In this document: positions 1 to 12,607 of the stretch, piece after piece
Numbering within the stretch: position 1 is the stretch's first letter
How the letters are laid out: each line of letters begins with the position of its first letter
Source of the DNA: Catajapyx aquilonaris
Taxonomy: Eukaryota
Direction: 5' to 3'
NCBI GenBank assembly: GCA_000934665.2
Contig: JYFJ02000903.1
Coordinates: 1 to 64,000 of the forward strand
Length of the DNA: 64,000 nucleotides
Position numbers and translations under genes: made by a program
The notes under the pieces: model-generated
What the model was told of the DNA's origin: nothing
Database searches by the model: none
Seen by the model: only the letters and a program-made list of their open reading frames with translations

Positions 1-3000
1 TTGTCTTTCATTTACTGTTCCTTAATGGATGTTTTGATAAAATTCGCAAAACCTATTTATGTCGTCCTAAACTGGGCTCCGCGCCCACTGTGCGACGGGC
101 TGGTTCTTCCCCCCACCTGGACTTTACCTGGATCAGAGCGTATCAGTGAAGATGAATGTGACATCATCTCACATTCATTGGGAGAGACGATCGGGCCAAG
201 GTTGACGTGTCCTCTGCGCACACTATCTTGCAGAAAGATTGGTGGCATGGACGCTGGTTTTTCGCAGCGTCCTCCTTACTGCTGTCTTCCCGATTGACAA
301 ATTCGGAGAAGAGATGAGGTTCTCCTCTGGGGACAAATGAGAAGTAGGGGGATGGGCCCTCGGTGAAGCCCCCGCTGGGAATTGTTCCAGCCGAGAACCT
401 GATCAGAAGGGCGTTGGTTGGGCCACCCAAGAGTGGCTGCGAGCTGATGCCAGAACTTCACCTCGAGAGATGATTTCTTCGCCATAAAAGTTCGACCCGC
501 AGCCCTGGATGATGGAAGCCCGAGCGAGGCCTGATAACTGGCCCGAGGATATGAGACAACTCCCAAAGAGAAAAGAGAGAGAAAATAAGGGAGGTAAATG
601 GCTGTTTGTGACGTGCGGGGGCTCATCAATTTGAAGACAGCTTTGGTGGCGCAATGCACTTCCTATATACAGTATTATACTGCATCCAATATACGGAGTG
701 TGTCGATCTGTCTGCGTGAAACACACTTTTCCGCTCCATTTCCTGACCATTCGACCTAAAAAAAGCAATCACAAATATGGGCTGTTTACTACGGGAGGGC
801 ATGACCTTCACTCTGTCTTCAAATGCATAAAATATGCAAGTGCACCAGATTGTGGATATACAAATAATGTCAAAATGACCATAACAAAATCGATACCGAT
901 AGTGTTCACCTTGGTGCATAAGTATAATTATTTCTGTAGGACTACTGCATACAAGTAGATATATATGTAGTATTTTGTGCCGGTTGATTAAAATTATTTA
1001 AAGAATAGTGAATAATTTTGTGTTCGGGGCCGCGTATATTGAATGGTTTATGCACATGTGTGCACATACTGTGGGCGATTGAAATTTTCAGTGTTGGGTT
1101 GCATTTGCGGCGTGATTGAAGCACAGTGCAGTTAGATATTTGCTCATCATCATTGGGGCCGGCGGCACACCACACCTGCATTGAACATAAGCAATCTTGT
1201 GTCTGTTCGCAAGCAATATTTTTGGGCCTATAATATTCGAGAATGTGGCGTAAGTTCATATTTCACTGCCAATGAGGCAAAATCATGCTAATTAATTTAT
1301 TTGGCAGTTATTAGAATGTGGATACATTTCCATCAAAGAGGAATAGTATAGCTAATTACTTCGAATCATGAATGTGGGAAAAATACAGTACATACCCGAT
1401 GTGGTAATATTTTGATGCAATTCCAGAGTTACTTCAATATGTAGCCTGTAATAACTATAGTGGGCGCTAGTACTGTATGCTCCACTGCAGGGACATTGTA
1501 ACGAAACATGAATATTGTGTCAAATTTATAAGCCTATAGTCAGTACAGTATACTGATGAAAAATTTATCAGCCCACACCGAATTGACTTGCAAATTAATT
1601 ACACTTTCACGGGTCTTTTAGTTGTTGATGATGACGACGACTACGGTGGAAATGATGTTAATCCTGGAATCTACAGTGTATGAAATTTCCAAACAAACTG
1701 ACAATAATATTGGCCTTTAGGTTCATGCTGTGTGGATTTTCCTGTAGTCAGGGAGTGCAAAATAATTTAGCACTTGGGTAATTAATGGGAGAGTTTATTT
1801 TTACTTCGGATCGAGGTCCTGGCGGTTATGGTCTGAGTTTTCTAGGTCAAATGCATTACTCAATGTCCATCAAGAGTCTATAGCTCCTGCAAAATTGTAA
1901 AGGAGAACTGCTCTCTCGATGACATGATAAGACTAATAACCAATGTCCGGATTTGTGAACCTTTAAATTTTCACTGGTTGGTTCAAGTATGTTGATTAAA
2001 CCTTACTGCATGCTATCTGGGGGTATGATCTGGCAACAAGCATACGGTATGAACCTTCCTTCTTCTCTGCGTGTAGCACCAGACAGGTTCATGAAAGGAT
2101 TACTGATGTGTCTCAAAATATAAAGCGACATTCGCTTTGACCCGTAATCTATTACGCAATTATGAAGCTCCCGTGACATTTTGAGGATTGAAGTATAATC
2201 TGCAGCAGAAGCATCTTTTGTACGTTGGACATCACGACACCATTGAGCCCCACCTAATTTTGTTGTCAAATAATTTACCTCCGAGAAAGAAAAATCAGAC
2301 ATAATGAACCTTGTAAAAAGGCTGGGAAGAGGAACGACTCAATTGGCTAAGCGCTTCTCTTGCGCTCTGGAGGGCAATTTTTAACAATGAGGCAATATCG
2401 ACCTGCTTAAAAAATTTAGTAGGTGCCTAAGGAATGGAACGAGGAATTTGCGAAAATCAAGTCATCGTCAAGGCCACGCCCGTTAAGCGAAAGATTTTTC
2501 ACGGTCTCTTAACCCATTACCACTGTCGAGTTTTTCTCCCCCCGGAATTTCGTGTACACAATTGTCGACATTATTTCACAGCACTAGTTGCTCACTTCAA
2601 ATGTCACGTGAAATCTGCCATGTAATTCAATTTGTCCATGTGGCGCACACTCAATCACTTCTTTGGGTGATGCAATTGCCATTACCCAGGAAAGTAACAA
2701 AAATTTATTCGCAAAAGTGCTGCCCGAGCTTATGCGATTTGCAGCCAGCACTTTCAAACCAGGTTTTTAAAAAATTCGTCCGTTTGTCTCTGATGATTGC
2801 AAGCACCCCCCCCCCCCACCATCGATGAGCGGGCCTGAGTCCTGTTATATGCACGCCCCAGAGGCAAACAAGTTAACATTTACTGCATCCGAATCGATTT
2901 GCATACCGTACTTGTCCGCCGATAATAGTAGGTAGCAAAATGCCTGCTGCGCATAGGTAATGCAGAGCTTTGCACTCAAAGTACAGGCTCGGTGGGGCCC

Positions 3001-3328
3001 TATATGTAGAGAGAGAGATGGCAGAGAGGGACGTCCTGAAATAAATGCAAAGGATGTAGGACGCAAATTTTCGATCCGGTTTTTATGGAATTAGGCAAGG
3101 CAGCAGCTCCACATCGGTCCCCTGCGAGGTGAAAACTTCATTCCTGCTGTTCGCTTTGCTGGTTTCCTAAATCGCGTCTAATCGACTTTTGGCCCGACCC
3201 ACGTTGTCTGCCAAACTTCTGGGGTCTTATTGGCCCCGCTGATGCCCGAGAGCCACTCTCCAAAAGTCAGTAGGTACTCACTGACAAAAATCACGTTACT
3301 TCTACTGAAAAGAAGGGGGTTTACTCAC

Positions 3329-3346
3329 CCTAACCTAACCTAACCT
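3329..3346 (-). repeat. Short interstitial (TTAGG)3 repeat
   Basis: CCTAACCTAACCTAACCT on the + strand, the reverse complement of the arthropod telomeric unit TTAGG. Confidence 0.75.
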
Positions 3347-4584
3347 CGTACAATAAATACACCAGTAATTTTCTTTAATTTTATGAGCAGGTTCTTACTT
3401 TTCTAATGCACACCGGCGAATCTAGCTGCGATTCAATTAGGCATAGGTTTCATCCAAGTGAATATGGGAATGACTATATACTAAGGGCTTCTGGCTGTAC
3501 TGTACTGCGCGTAACAAGAGCTCAGGGTGGCTCAGCCTCAGACTGCCTGCTTCAATTTCAGGGGGATTTCATTTTGGCACCAGAAAGATTTGATTGCAAA
3601 TATGGCTCTGGGGAATGCAAATTCATACCATTCTCTTCCTTATTTTTGTTACGGGATATTCTTTTTTTTTCTCCCTAGAACCATCTCTTTTGGGAATTCT
3701 TCCTGACGACTTGCAACCCCCCGGAAATGTTGACCCGGAATTACATTGCACATTTTCACTCGACATTATAATGTAATTGGATTTTCCCTCAGGCAAGTTA
3801 AATACAGTGCGCCTTGAATATTTCAGAGCAGCCTTGGAGAAAACAAGGCGTTTCGATGCCAAAAAAAGTGTGTCGGATATGTCCTAAAGCCGCGTTTTGG
3901 CGATAGAACCTCTGCCTTGGGCGTCACAAATGGCATTTTGGCTCCCTGTCGACGGTGGCGATTTTCTGCAGATTTGCTCTGTTAAAACGCGTTTGATCTT
4001 TTCACAGCTGCTTTGGCTCAAAAATGCGCATGGCTGATCTTTCAAGGCCTCGCTAGTGCGTAACTACCACACGCGTCTTTACACAATGATTGAACCACTA
4101 TCCGGTCCCTCGTGTATTGGATTTTTATCGCGGGGGTTAAAACAAGGCCGATTCTGTGCCTTGTTTGTGCCATCAATCGCTCAACCCTGCGACGTGATTA
4201 ATTTTCTTGCCCCGTCCAATTTGCAACAAAAGATGTATGCCAATAGCAATTCGCAAGGATTGACCACAACATGCCAACTAGACTGTCATTCTGATGAAGT
4301 CAAATAATTGTTGTGAGCATCGTTAACCGGTGTAGTTAAGTGTAACTTAAGCTTCCTAATACTGTAAAATTCCTGCGCTAGTCAACCTGCGCGAGGGTAA
4401 AGATGAGTGCATTGGAATTGAATTGCGGCTGACTGGCGGAGAGGCCAAGGTGGGCAATTAGGATGTAATCAAGTCAGTCGGAAAGACGTTGATGAGGGAA
4501 CCGGGATCGATTCCAACACTGCGGAAAAAGGGGGCAGTAGGTACATTTGCCAGTCTATTTTCCACAGATTGTTATGAAGGCTAC

Positions 4585-4602
4585 AGAGAGAGAGAGAGAG
4601 AG
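4585..4602. repeat. (AG)n microsatellite
   Basis: agagagagagagagagag, read directly. Confidence 0.9.
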
Positions 4603-5562
4603 GACAATAATTAGAGTGCGAAACACGGACGAGGAATTGTATAAATCCGGAGCCCTGATGGCCGATCGAATGGAAAACTTTCTCAATCTCCCAGGAGAGC
4701 TCTTCTATAGTTTTAATGAGGATTTGAGAGGAGGATGGGAAGGGAATGAAGTATAAGATCAGGTATAGTTATATCGCTTTAATTTGCGGCCGGTGCGACT
4801 CAATCGCGACGCGTGGGATTCGCATAGTTCATTATCCAATTAAAGTAGCATTGTGCGATTTATAAGCAAGCTGTTTGCTTTCGGCGCCTGGCACGTAACC
4901 TATGCGCAGCGAGGGACGATAGTTTATCGTTGTAATTACATGGTGTGTTAACGAGGCACCTTCCAAAACCGCTGCTCTTGAATGAGACGGGGGCAAGGCA
5001 GCACCTAAAACCATGTGGGGGAGTTTACATAGGATGTAATGCAATAAATAACTCGGTCCAGGATTTACGACGGTGTAGCCAAAGCCGCAGACTTTCTGCA
5101 CGAGTTTTCTCTGAAGTGGAGGGGGTGCAAATATGGCAATATCAGTGGGTTTTGCGGTGGCGGAAAAAAATGAGGTGTAACCATAGTGAATGCCACTCAT
5201 GCGCTGTAAAGCTGGAACGATTTTTTTTGAGGCGTTGTTGTTACATAAATCCCTGATACTGCGATTAAGGGAATGTCTAGACAGGAAAACCGGCTATGCA
5301 GTTGAATGGTAATCGAGAGGATATTTTTGCGTAAGTATCGAGAATAAAAGGGACACAAGGCTGAGCTTCAACGATGGTTGTAATGGGAGAGGAAGCATCC
5401 CAGCGATGCATTTGATAAACCGCACTTGAAAAACGAGACAGCCCAGGTCTGATATGGTAGTTTTATAGCCTTGTAGTACCGTTCCCCGCAATTTCTGGAG
5501 GGTAGATGCATTCCAGATTTACAGTTTGCCGATGGAGAATGAGACCAGCCATTAAGTTTCAT

Positions 5563-5602
5563 GTGGTGGTGGTAGTAGTAGTAGTGTAGTAGTAGTGTGT
5601 GT
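5563..5602. repeat. Compound (GGT)/(GTA)/(GT) simple repeat
   Basis: gtggtggtggtagtagtagtagtgtagtagtagtgtgtgt, read directly. Confidence 0.8.
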
Positions 5603-8432
5603 GAAAAGGGCTTTTTCTCAAGGCTGTACTCATGTTGATATATTAGGCAAGAAAAAGCTCCAATACGACTTTTTTTGTCAAGACGCCAAGCTGACGTCAT
5701 ATATATATTTAGTGGTACACATTTACTATTTTTTTTTGCAACGATTGATAGTTTTTCTCCATCCACAACTTTTTCCCCCATCCAAGGCTTGCTGCTGGTC
5801 TTGGCTGCTACAGAATTATAGGCACCAAGCCACATCTGTCAGTGTTTAAGATCTTCTAGTATGCGATCGAGATTGTATGGATTTGAAGATAATATTACGA
5901 GCGTACTGGCGCCATTACTTTTGAACGCATTCAAAAATGACAACAGATATTAGTCCATTTTGTTTATCCAAAAACTGGCAAAGGTTTTTGGTAGATAATG
6001 CGGAATTATGGTAAACATAATCCTTTCTTGATCCCCGGGCATAAAAATGTAAATGGATTTGTGGACCGCTTCATTCCATAGAGCTCGGAATATTCGATGA
6101 TAGATAGCAAAGTGCAAATGCAGTATATTTACAACGCTTGGAACAAGGGGGGTCTATATGAGAGTGGGCGGGGGGAGGTTTGGCAACGGACTTGCGATAG
6201 GCTGGGGGATGGAAATTGAGTTGCAAATAGTGGCAAAATGAAAGGCCTGGAGGGAGAAGCAGACAATGGCCATGCCACTTGGCTGATTATCTCAGTGAGA
6301 GGAAAAGGATTGCGAGAGAGTGGCGTGTCTGCACGATGAGGCTTTGCTGATTGTAATGAGGGGAAGAGGCGAGATGGGGCGTTTTCATTAGCAATTCGTT
6401 CCAGTGGGATGATAGCATTAAACTGCCACAATAAGATTAAATCTTCAAGCTTTGTAATGGGAGGAAGCAGCCGAAATATTATGGACTCCTGAACTTCCGT
6501 TTTTTCTATAAAAAATTATTTTTTACATGGCAATGGTGCATGTAGCCTATGTTGTATTAGTTGCAGCTAATTCAGCGACACTTTGGGCGAAACTGAGATG
6601 CTTTAATTTGGCGGAGGAGAAAACAAATGAGGCGCCCGGAAGTTGAGCGTGTTTCGTATTCGTTGGCTGCAAATCTAACCTTAATGCGATATGACGTTTT
6701 TAATCACCTTGCCTGTTTCATTAGAACAAGCAGCCGTTTTCCTGTTTTAGGATCACGCAGCGGCATAAATTTTTTACTCCCCGCTGCGCTATTTGCATAC
6801 CCTCAGGCATTGATTTTAACGAAAGTGCTGCTCCAGTTGATTTACTTAATGTACTTTTGTCGGGGATGGCCTGCAATGTATCTGACTTTTACCTATAGTA
6901 AAATGACATTATGAGTACACAACACACGAGTGCTTTGAAGCATTTCAGCATGTTTTAAAATATTGATACTGTCCATCTGTAGGCTGCGCTAATGCGTATA
7001 TGTTTACAATACTACTTAGCAAGGGCAGTGTGTATGGCCAAAATTACATTGGAATAAAAGGAGATTATAATTTCAATATTCATCAGTGTATGTTGCACCG
7101 TCCAGCAGCACACCGTTAATAAATTAGAGGGATGATGGCAACATGACTGCACCGAGTTGTTATTGTGAATGTGAACTGTTTCTTTTATAAAACAAAATGC
7201 TCTACACCCGAGCTGGTTCGTGCGAGAGTATACATTTCTCTGCGGGACTCGATTGTTAGCAGTTTGCCTGAACCACAATGAAAATCCGCTGGTCCTCATT
7301 AGTGAGGAGAAAGAAGAGAGAGAGAAAAAAAGCGAACTCTGCTTGGCTCACCATCAGAAGGTTTAGTGAAGGTGCACACACAGGCCGAGAGATTTTCCGA
7401 TTTAATTTACACGTACTGGGCTGAAATGACATAATATATTGCATATCTTGCCAATATTGCAAAGACAAACGGCGGACCGCGCAAATTGCAAAGTTGGAGG
7501 ATCTGAAGTTGTCGCTTCCTTCGCAGGGAAAGTTGATGATTTATGTTGATCGTAATTAAGCTGTGGATATATTCAGATATCGCAGAAAGTTGTGTAGTGG
7601 CTCGAAGGCAGAGTGGTACAGGCTATGTCACTTCCTCTAATGCCAAGAAAGTTGGCCAACTTGGTTTCTGCAGGTTTTAATAAAAACCCCAGGTTTTTCA
7701 TGAGGAGGATCTCGAAGAATAGAGCACTGGAGAAGTCGAGTCAGCGGCAGATTAGGACACGCCACCGCGCACTTCTTTTCGACTGCTTCAGAACTTGATT
7801 GCATGTACGTGTACAGTACAAGAAGGGGCCGGCCCCCCTCCATTTCATCAATGCGCCAAGCAAGAACCACGGTCATCATATTACCTCACGACCAGTATAT
7901 CGATTCGGTCAGTTACTAGCTCAAACCCTGCGATCAGCACAGACCATCCTTGCACACATATAGACACCTGACCTGCAAAACATGCGACATATTACACGGC
8001 ACAAAAAATTTGGGGAAAATAACATGCAAATTAATTAATGTGATGCGAAAGCCTATTAGCTGTGTCGCCAATATGTCCATACTGTCCCATAATTTATTAC
8101 AACAGAAGTGTCGTGGCCAGTCGTGTCTTAACACTGGAGGCGACATAACAATGTATTTTTTTTTCAGCCCAGCAACTTGGGGGTTGTTGAGATTTATTGC
8201 GAGAAGAAAGGCAGTAATGATATACCAGAGTAGCAAGGAGGAGGAAGGAAGAGCGCCATAAATCTCGCCTGCCAGAACGTGTTACAGTCTACCTCACGTG
8301 TAATGTCTGCAACACGGCACTTGAGGGATCTGTTAAAATTTTTAGCCCAGTTTAATCTGGGGCGAAAAACTGGTGTATATGGAAACAATATCCTGCTATG
8401 GCCATATCCTTGAGAATTTTTTAAGGCAGTAA

Positions 8433-8558
8433 GGGTCGGTTTCACCGAGCTCAGTATATGATAAAACCAGGGTTCTTTCTCAAAATCCCTATCTATTTGT
8501 ATGGATTTTCCTAAAGAAACCTGGTTTTATCATATACCAAGCTCGGTGAAACCGGCCC
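8433..8558. mobile_element. 126-bp fold-back MITE, PIF/Harbinger (Tourist-like)
   Basis: Arms GGG(T/C)CGGTTTCACCGAGCT..TATATGATAAAACCAG...AAAATCC pair at 49/56 positions by hand alignment. TAA flanks both sides (8430-8432 and 8559-8561), the typical TWA target-site duplication of PIF/Harbinger elements. Confidence 0.8.
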
Positions 8559-11500
8559 TAAGTCGAATGAGCTGTGACTACAGGATTAATTCAGATGACG
8601 TATTTCGTGACCCAGTGGTCTCTTGTTATGACGGAGAGCACCATAGGAAAGGAGTTGAAGGGTTTCAGCACGCAATGTTATTCGCATGTGTCTCTCCGCC
8701 AAATCATGCGATTGGTTGAACTAACCCGGGCGTTTAAAAGCGGGTTAAAAATTTGTCACTGTTGCAGCCTTGTTTTATGTGAGTGTGATTGCAGCAAGCT
8801 GTGAAGCATAAATGGTCCAGCAGTGAATTTGCACACGGGTAAATGCGCCTGTCTGTTGCTAACACTTATTACCCTCATTTGCATGAGCGAGACAAATGAC
8901 CCAAATAGCTGTCCAAAACAGCCGAACAAACGTCAGTTTTCGAGTCATTATTTCTATTACTATCTGCGGTTATTAAATAAACTGTGCTTAACCTCTACAC
9001 TCGACTAGATATGCCAGTCATGAAACAGGGCTGTTCACTCCCGAAGATAGTTTCGACCAGCTCATTTATCTGCTTCCCCAGTAAGTATGATTTGGTGGAA
9101 ACAGGCTCCCGTTTATGACCAGCCTCATGCACTTTGGAACATCTTCGCCATGTTATTACTCTCTGGGGAAATGTTAAACCACTTGTGGGGGGAGCTAAGA
9201 CAATTACCAATTACCTCTTATCACTTACAAAATGTGCGGTTTTCACTGCATTATCTGAACACTTTCATCAAATAGTAAAATCATTCATACTTAACACAGG
9301 AATGGTTTCTCTGACTGTAATGAACTTGTTGCACTTGTTGCCTGGACAGATTTAAGGTAACCGATAGCAGTCTCAATTTATAGCCAGGATAATCTGTTAT
9401 CTTCTAGCTACGTAGCTGAGCCTTGAATGTAAGGACTAGAATGTTTTAAGAGGCAATTTTTAGCGCTGTTATGCGTCAGGTTTATACAGAAAACCGCAAG
9501 CGTAACCAAAATCCTTGGCTTGCACTACACATTGTAACACCCCTTTTCTGGATTATGCAAATATTTAGCGGTTTCACCTAATGTGCTCCGTGACGCTGGA
9601 GGACTTGGAATAGGAATTTTTACGCGCAGGAATAGTGTCGACGTGTAAAAAAAAAATCCGGTGTGTAAAAAAAAACAATTTACCGGAATTACGTGCAACA
9701 TTATCGCGAGGAAAGAGCTAGTCTGACCTAATTGCTGCTGTCGTTAAGTTGGATTACGACAAGCGTAACTGGCGGAAGGGAAATCCCTGATAAGTCCACA
9801 TTTCATATAATCCACTTTCAGGTATTGTTTCGGCTGATTGGGCAGCTTATGCTGTGAATATGGCAGAAAGGAAACAATACCGTGATATGTTGGTGGGTAA
9901 TTCCCCGATGTGAATTACTGGTAGCTATAAAACTGAGAGCCTAGGAAGTGGTAGCAACGAGGTTTATAGCTACCACCGTATGCCAAGATACCGATTTTAC
10001 TATGCAGTTGTTAAATGGATCTGATGGTTGCAAGCCTGATAGTTGAACTGGATAATTACAAAATACCTTCATAAATTTTTATGATCCCAAAATGGGCATG
10101 TAACGCGCCTTTCTCTGATAGGATGAATCATTTATGCATCTTTGGATCAGCCAAATGCAGGCCTGCAATTCACTGTGAGGTCAGAGGCTAAAAATGTGCC
10201 CATAACGCCCAAGAATAATTATATTAATCCGGCCTTGAGCCTACCTGCGCAATGGTGTCGGTTGGGCTTACCTGGCTCTAGCAGTCACGAACGACTGCAA
10301 TATAAATAAGCTCGGCAGGCATTCCCTCAGCTAATATTATTGTTGCCACAGTTTCATCAGCTGGAATATTCAAAAAAAATTGTATACGATGTTGTTGTTA
10401 GCAGAGTTAAAACTTCAAACGAGACTCTAAAGAGTTGCAACCTGGTGTGCAAGCCATATTTTTTTTAGCACAGCAAACATGACGTTTTACCTTGGCGATA
10501 TAACAAGCAGAACTCTGCTGAGAACCGTGCCCGTTTTTCCTGGAAATTGCGGGGCAAATGCCACGGTGCTCACATATACTTTTTACTCGTCCAGTACAGC
10601 CTTCCGTCCCCGGCAGCTACACAATTAGGCAAGAGATGTAAGTAACAATAGCAATTTTGTCCCGGGACCAGGTGTATCATTTTGCCCTCGTCGTATCTAC
10701 GCAGAATCTGTCCCAATAGGCCCATATTTTGCGATATCGCTCCTGCTGCATGGGTACGTGCTGTTTAACCCTGTAACATCTTTACTTCTACCTAATATTT
10801 TTCTGCAATTTTTTTTGCCATGCTCAGTTCTGAAGTAACTTATTTTTCTCGTCCTAAATGCACAGTAAGAAACAGACACTTGAGCTTGCTTTATGCGACT
10901 TTGTTTCTGTCCGGGACATGTAAATTCTTTACAGCACCAGCTGAACGTTTGCGATTCACTGGACCTTTGTCTGTGTTTATCTTCCTCTATCCACAGAAGA
11001 TGACACTGCCTCAGGTGATGCAGTTTAACTCTCCGCTGCCAAACGCCGGTTCTACTTTGCTGTAATTATTCCGTTCCCTTTGAAGCTTCGTCGCTTTTGA
11101 TTAAATGACATATAATATGCCGGTTTGTTAATGGAAACTTATACAGTGTATTGAGTTAAAAGCGCACGAGTAGTTTCTCTCCCTCTGATGCTCTGATGCC
11201 GTCTGATGCTCTGTACACTGGAACGGTGGCTTATGCGGATGTCAGGGTATCGGGTCTTCACTTTCATGGCGCATTTAGTGCTTTTCCACTTGCATAGTGA
11301 GATTTGATTTGGAACATTTCTGGCTCGACGACAAAGCTGAGGAGAGGTATAGAAAACACTATCGGGTTGAGAGATATAAGTTTGTGTATTAGGCACCGGT
11401 ATGTTTCATATTTGAAATCAGACCTACTCTGGTAGCAAAGAATGAAGAAACTTACACGTTTGTTGTTGGAGAAATAGTTTTGCTGTTATAAAATCGGTGG

Positions 11501-12571
11501 AATTATGAAGCTGTACGGAATTTTCTATATAACAGATCCAACGGAGTGGAAATCTGATAGGCAATTTCCTTTATTTATTATTGATCAGAAAAATGCACGC
11601 TGCAGCTTACTGAAGTACATGTCGGGAAAGACATACCTGATGACATTTAAATTAAGCTATTTGTCAATTGAAAATAGCATGCTGACAACACAAGCAACAT
11701 CACTGGATAAATATTGACATTGATTATTGTTCATACATCACTTATCTTCAATATGGTTACTGTTGTAAAATGACCTAGGCTGCCATCATATCTACATAAT
11801 GATTTAGATTATAGAGAAATGATGTGAAGCAGTAAGCGGTCTGCCATCGCCATGTGATTGACAGAATGTGTAATCTTCCTCATACTCCATGGTTGGTGAT
11901 AGTATTATTACGGTACTGACCATAACATGTAGTTTAATGTCTAATCCATCAATAATGTTATTTTAGTTGTTTGTGTCAGTGATGGTCGGGCCAAAATGCT
12001 GGGATTTCTCTCTCAATCTCCCATAGGTCCATGAATAAATGAAAATCCCACGCGAAGTTTTAAAAGGACAGGTCCCTGTGGCACCAGGTGTTTCACATTA
12101 AGCGCAGCTATCATTATGACACCCCCAATAATGTAATGCGAAAATTAACTAGTGTACCGCCACGGGACCTCGCAGGAACAGACCGAAATTTCCATCCCAG
12201 AAATTCAGTATAGCAAAAATCCTTTTGATTAGTCGACATCCACGGTTAAAGTGTCATCTGCATGAGAGAGAGACACATCCTCCTGAATCCCGAATTTGTC
12301 CTGGGATCCGCAAAACCATGGCAATGAAAGTGTAAAGAGGTGGGGTGGCGCTGCGGATATAAGTCCCCTTCCACTGTGCAGTCTCCATATTCATTGGTTG
12401 GCGTCAAAGTGTCGGGAATCCCCCTCCCCCCTCCCTTCTCTCCCTTCACCCCCTCTGTTCTTCCAATCCCAAAAGACGCGCATATTTCCGACGCAAGCTT
12501 CAGCGGCTTGTCAAGCCCAAAACGACAAGTCAAGAAGACGCCAAGGGGCCTTTTCGCCTTTGTTTAAACCC

Positions 12572-12607
12572 TCCTTCTCTCTCTCTCTCTCTCCTTCTCT
12601 TTCTCTC
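12572..12607. repeat. (CT)n / pyrimidine-rich tract
   Basis: tccttctctctctctctctctccttctctttctctc, read directly. Confidence 0.9.

Noticed and set aside
4426..4525. tRNA/SINE-like A box (TGGCGGAGAGG) and B box (GGATCGATTCC)
   Set aside because: Spacing is long, no cloverleaf can be drawn, and there is no tail or target-site duplication.
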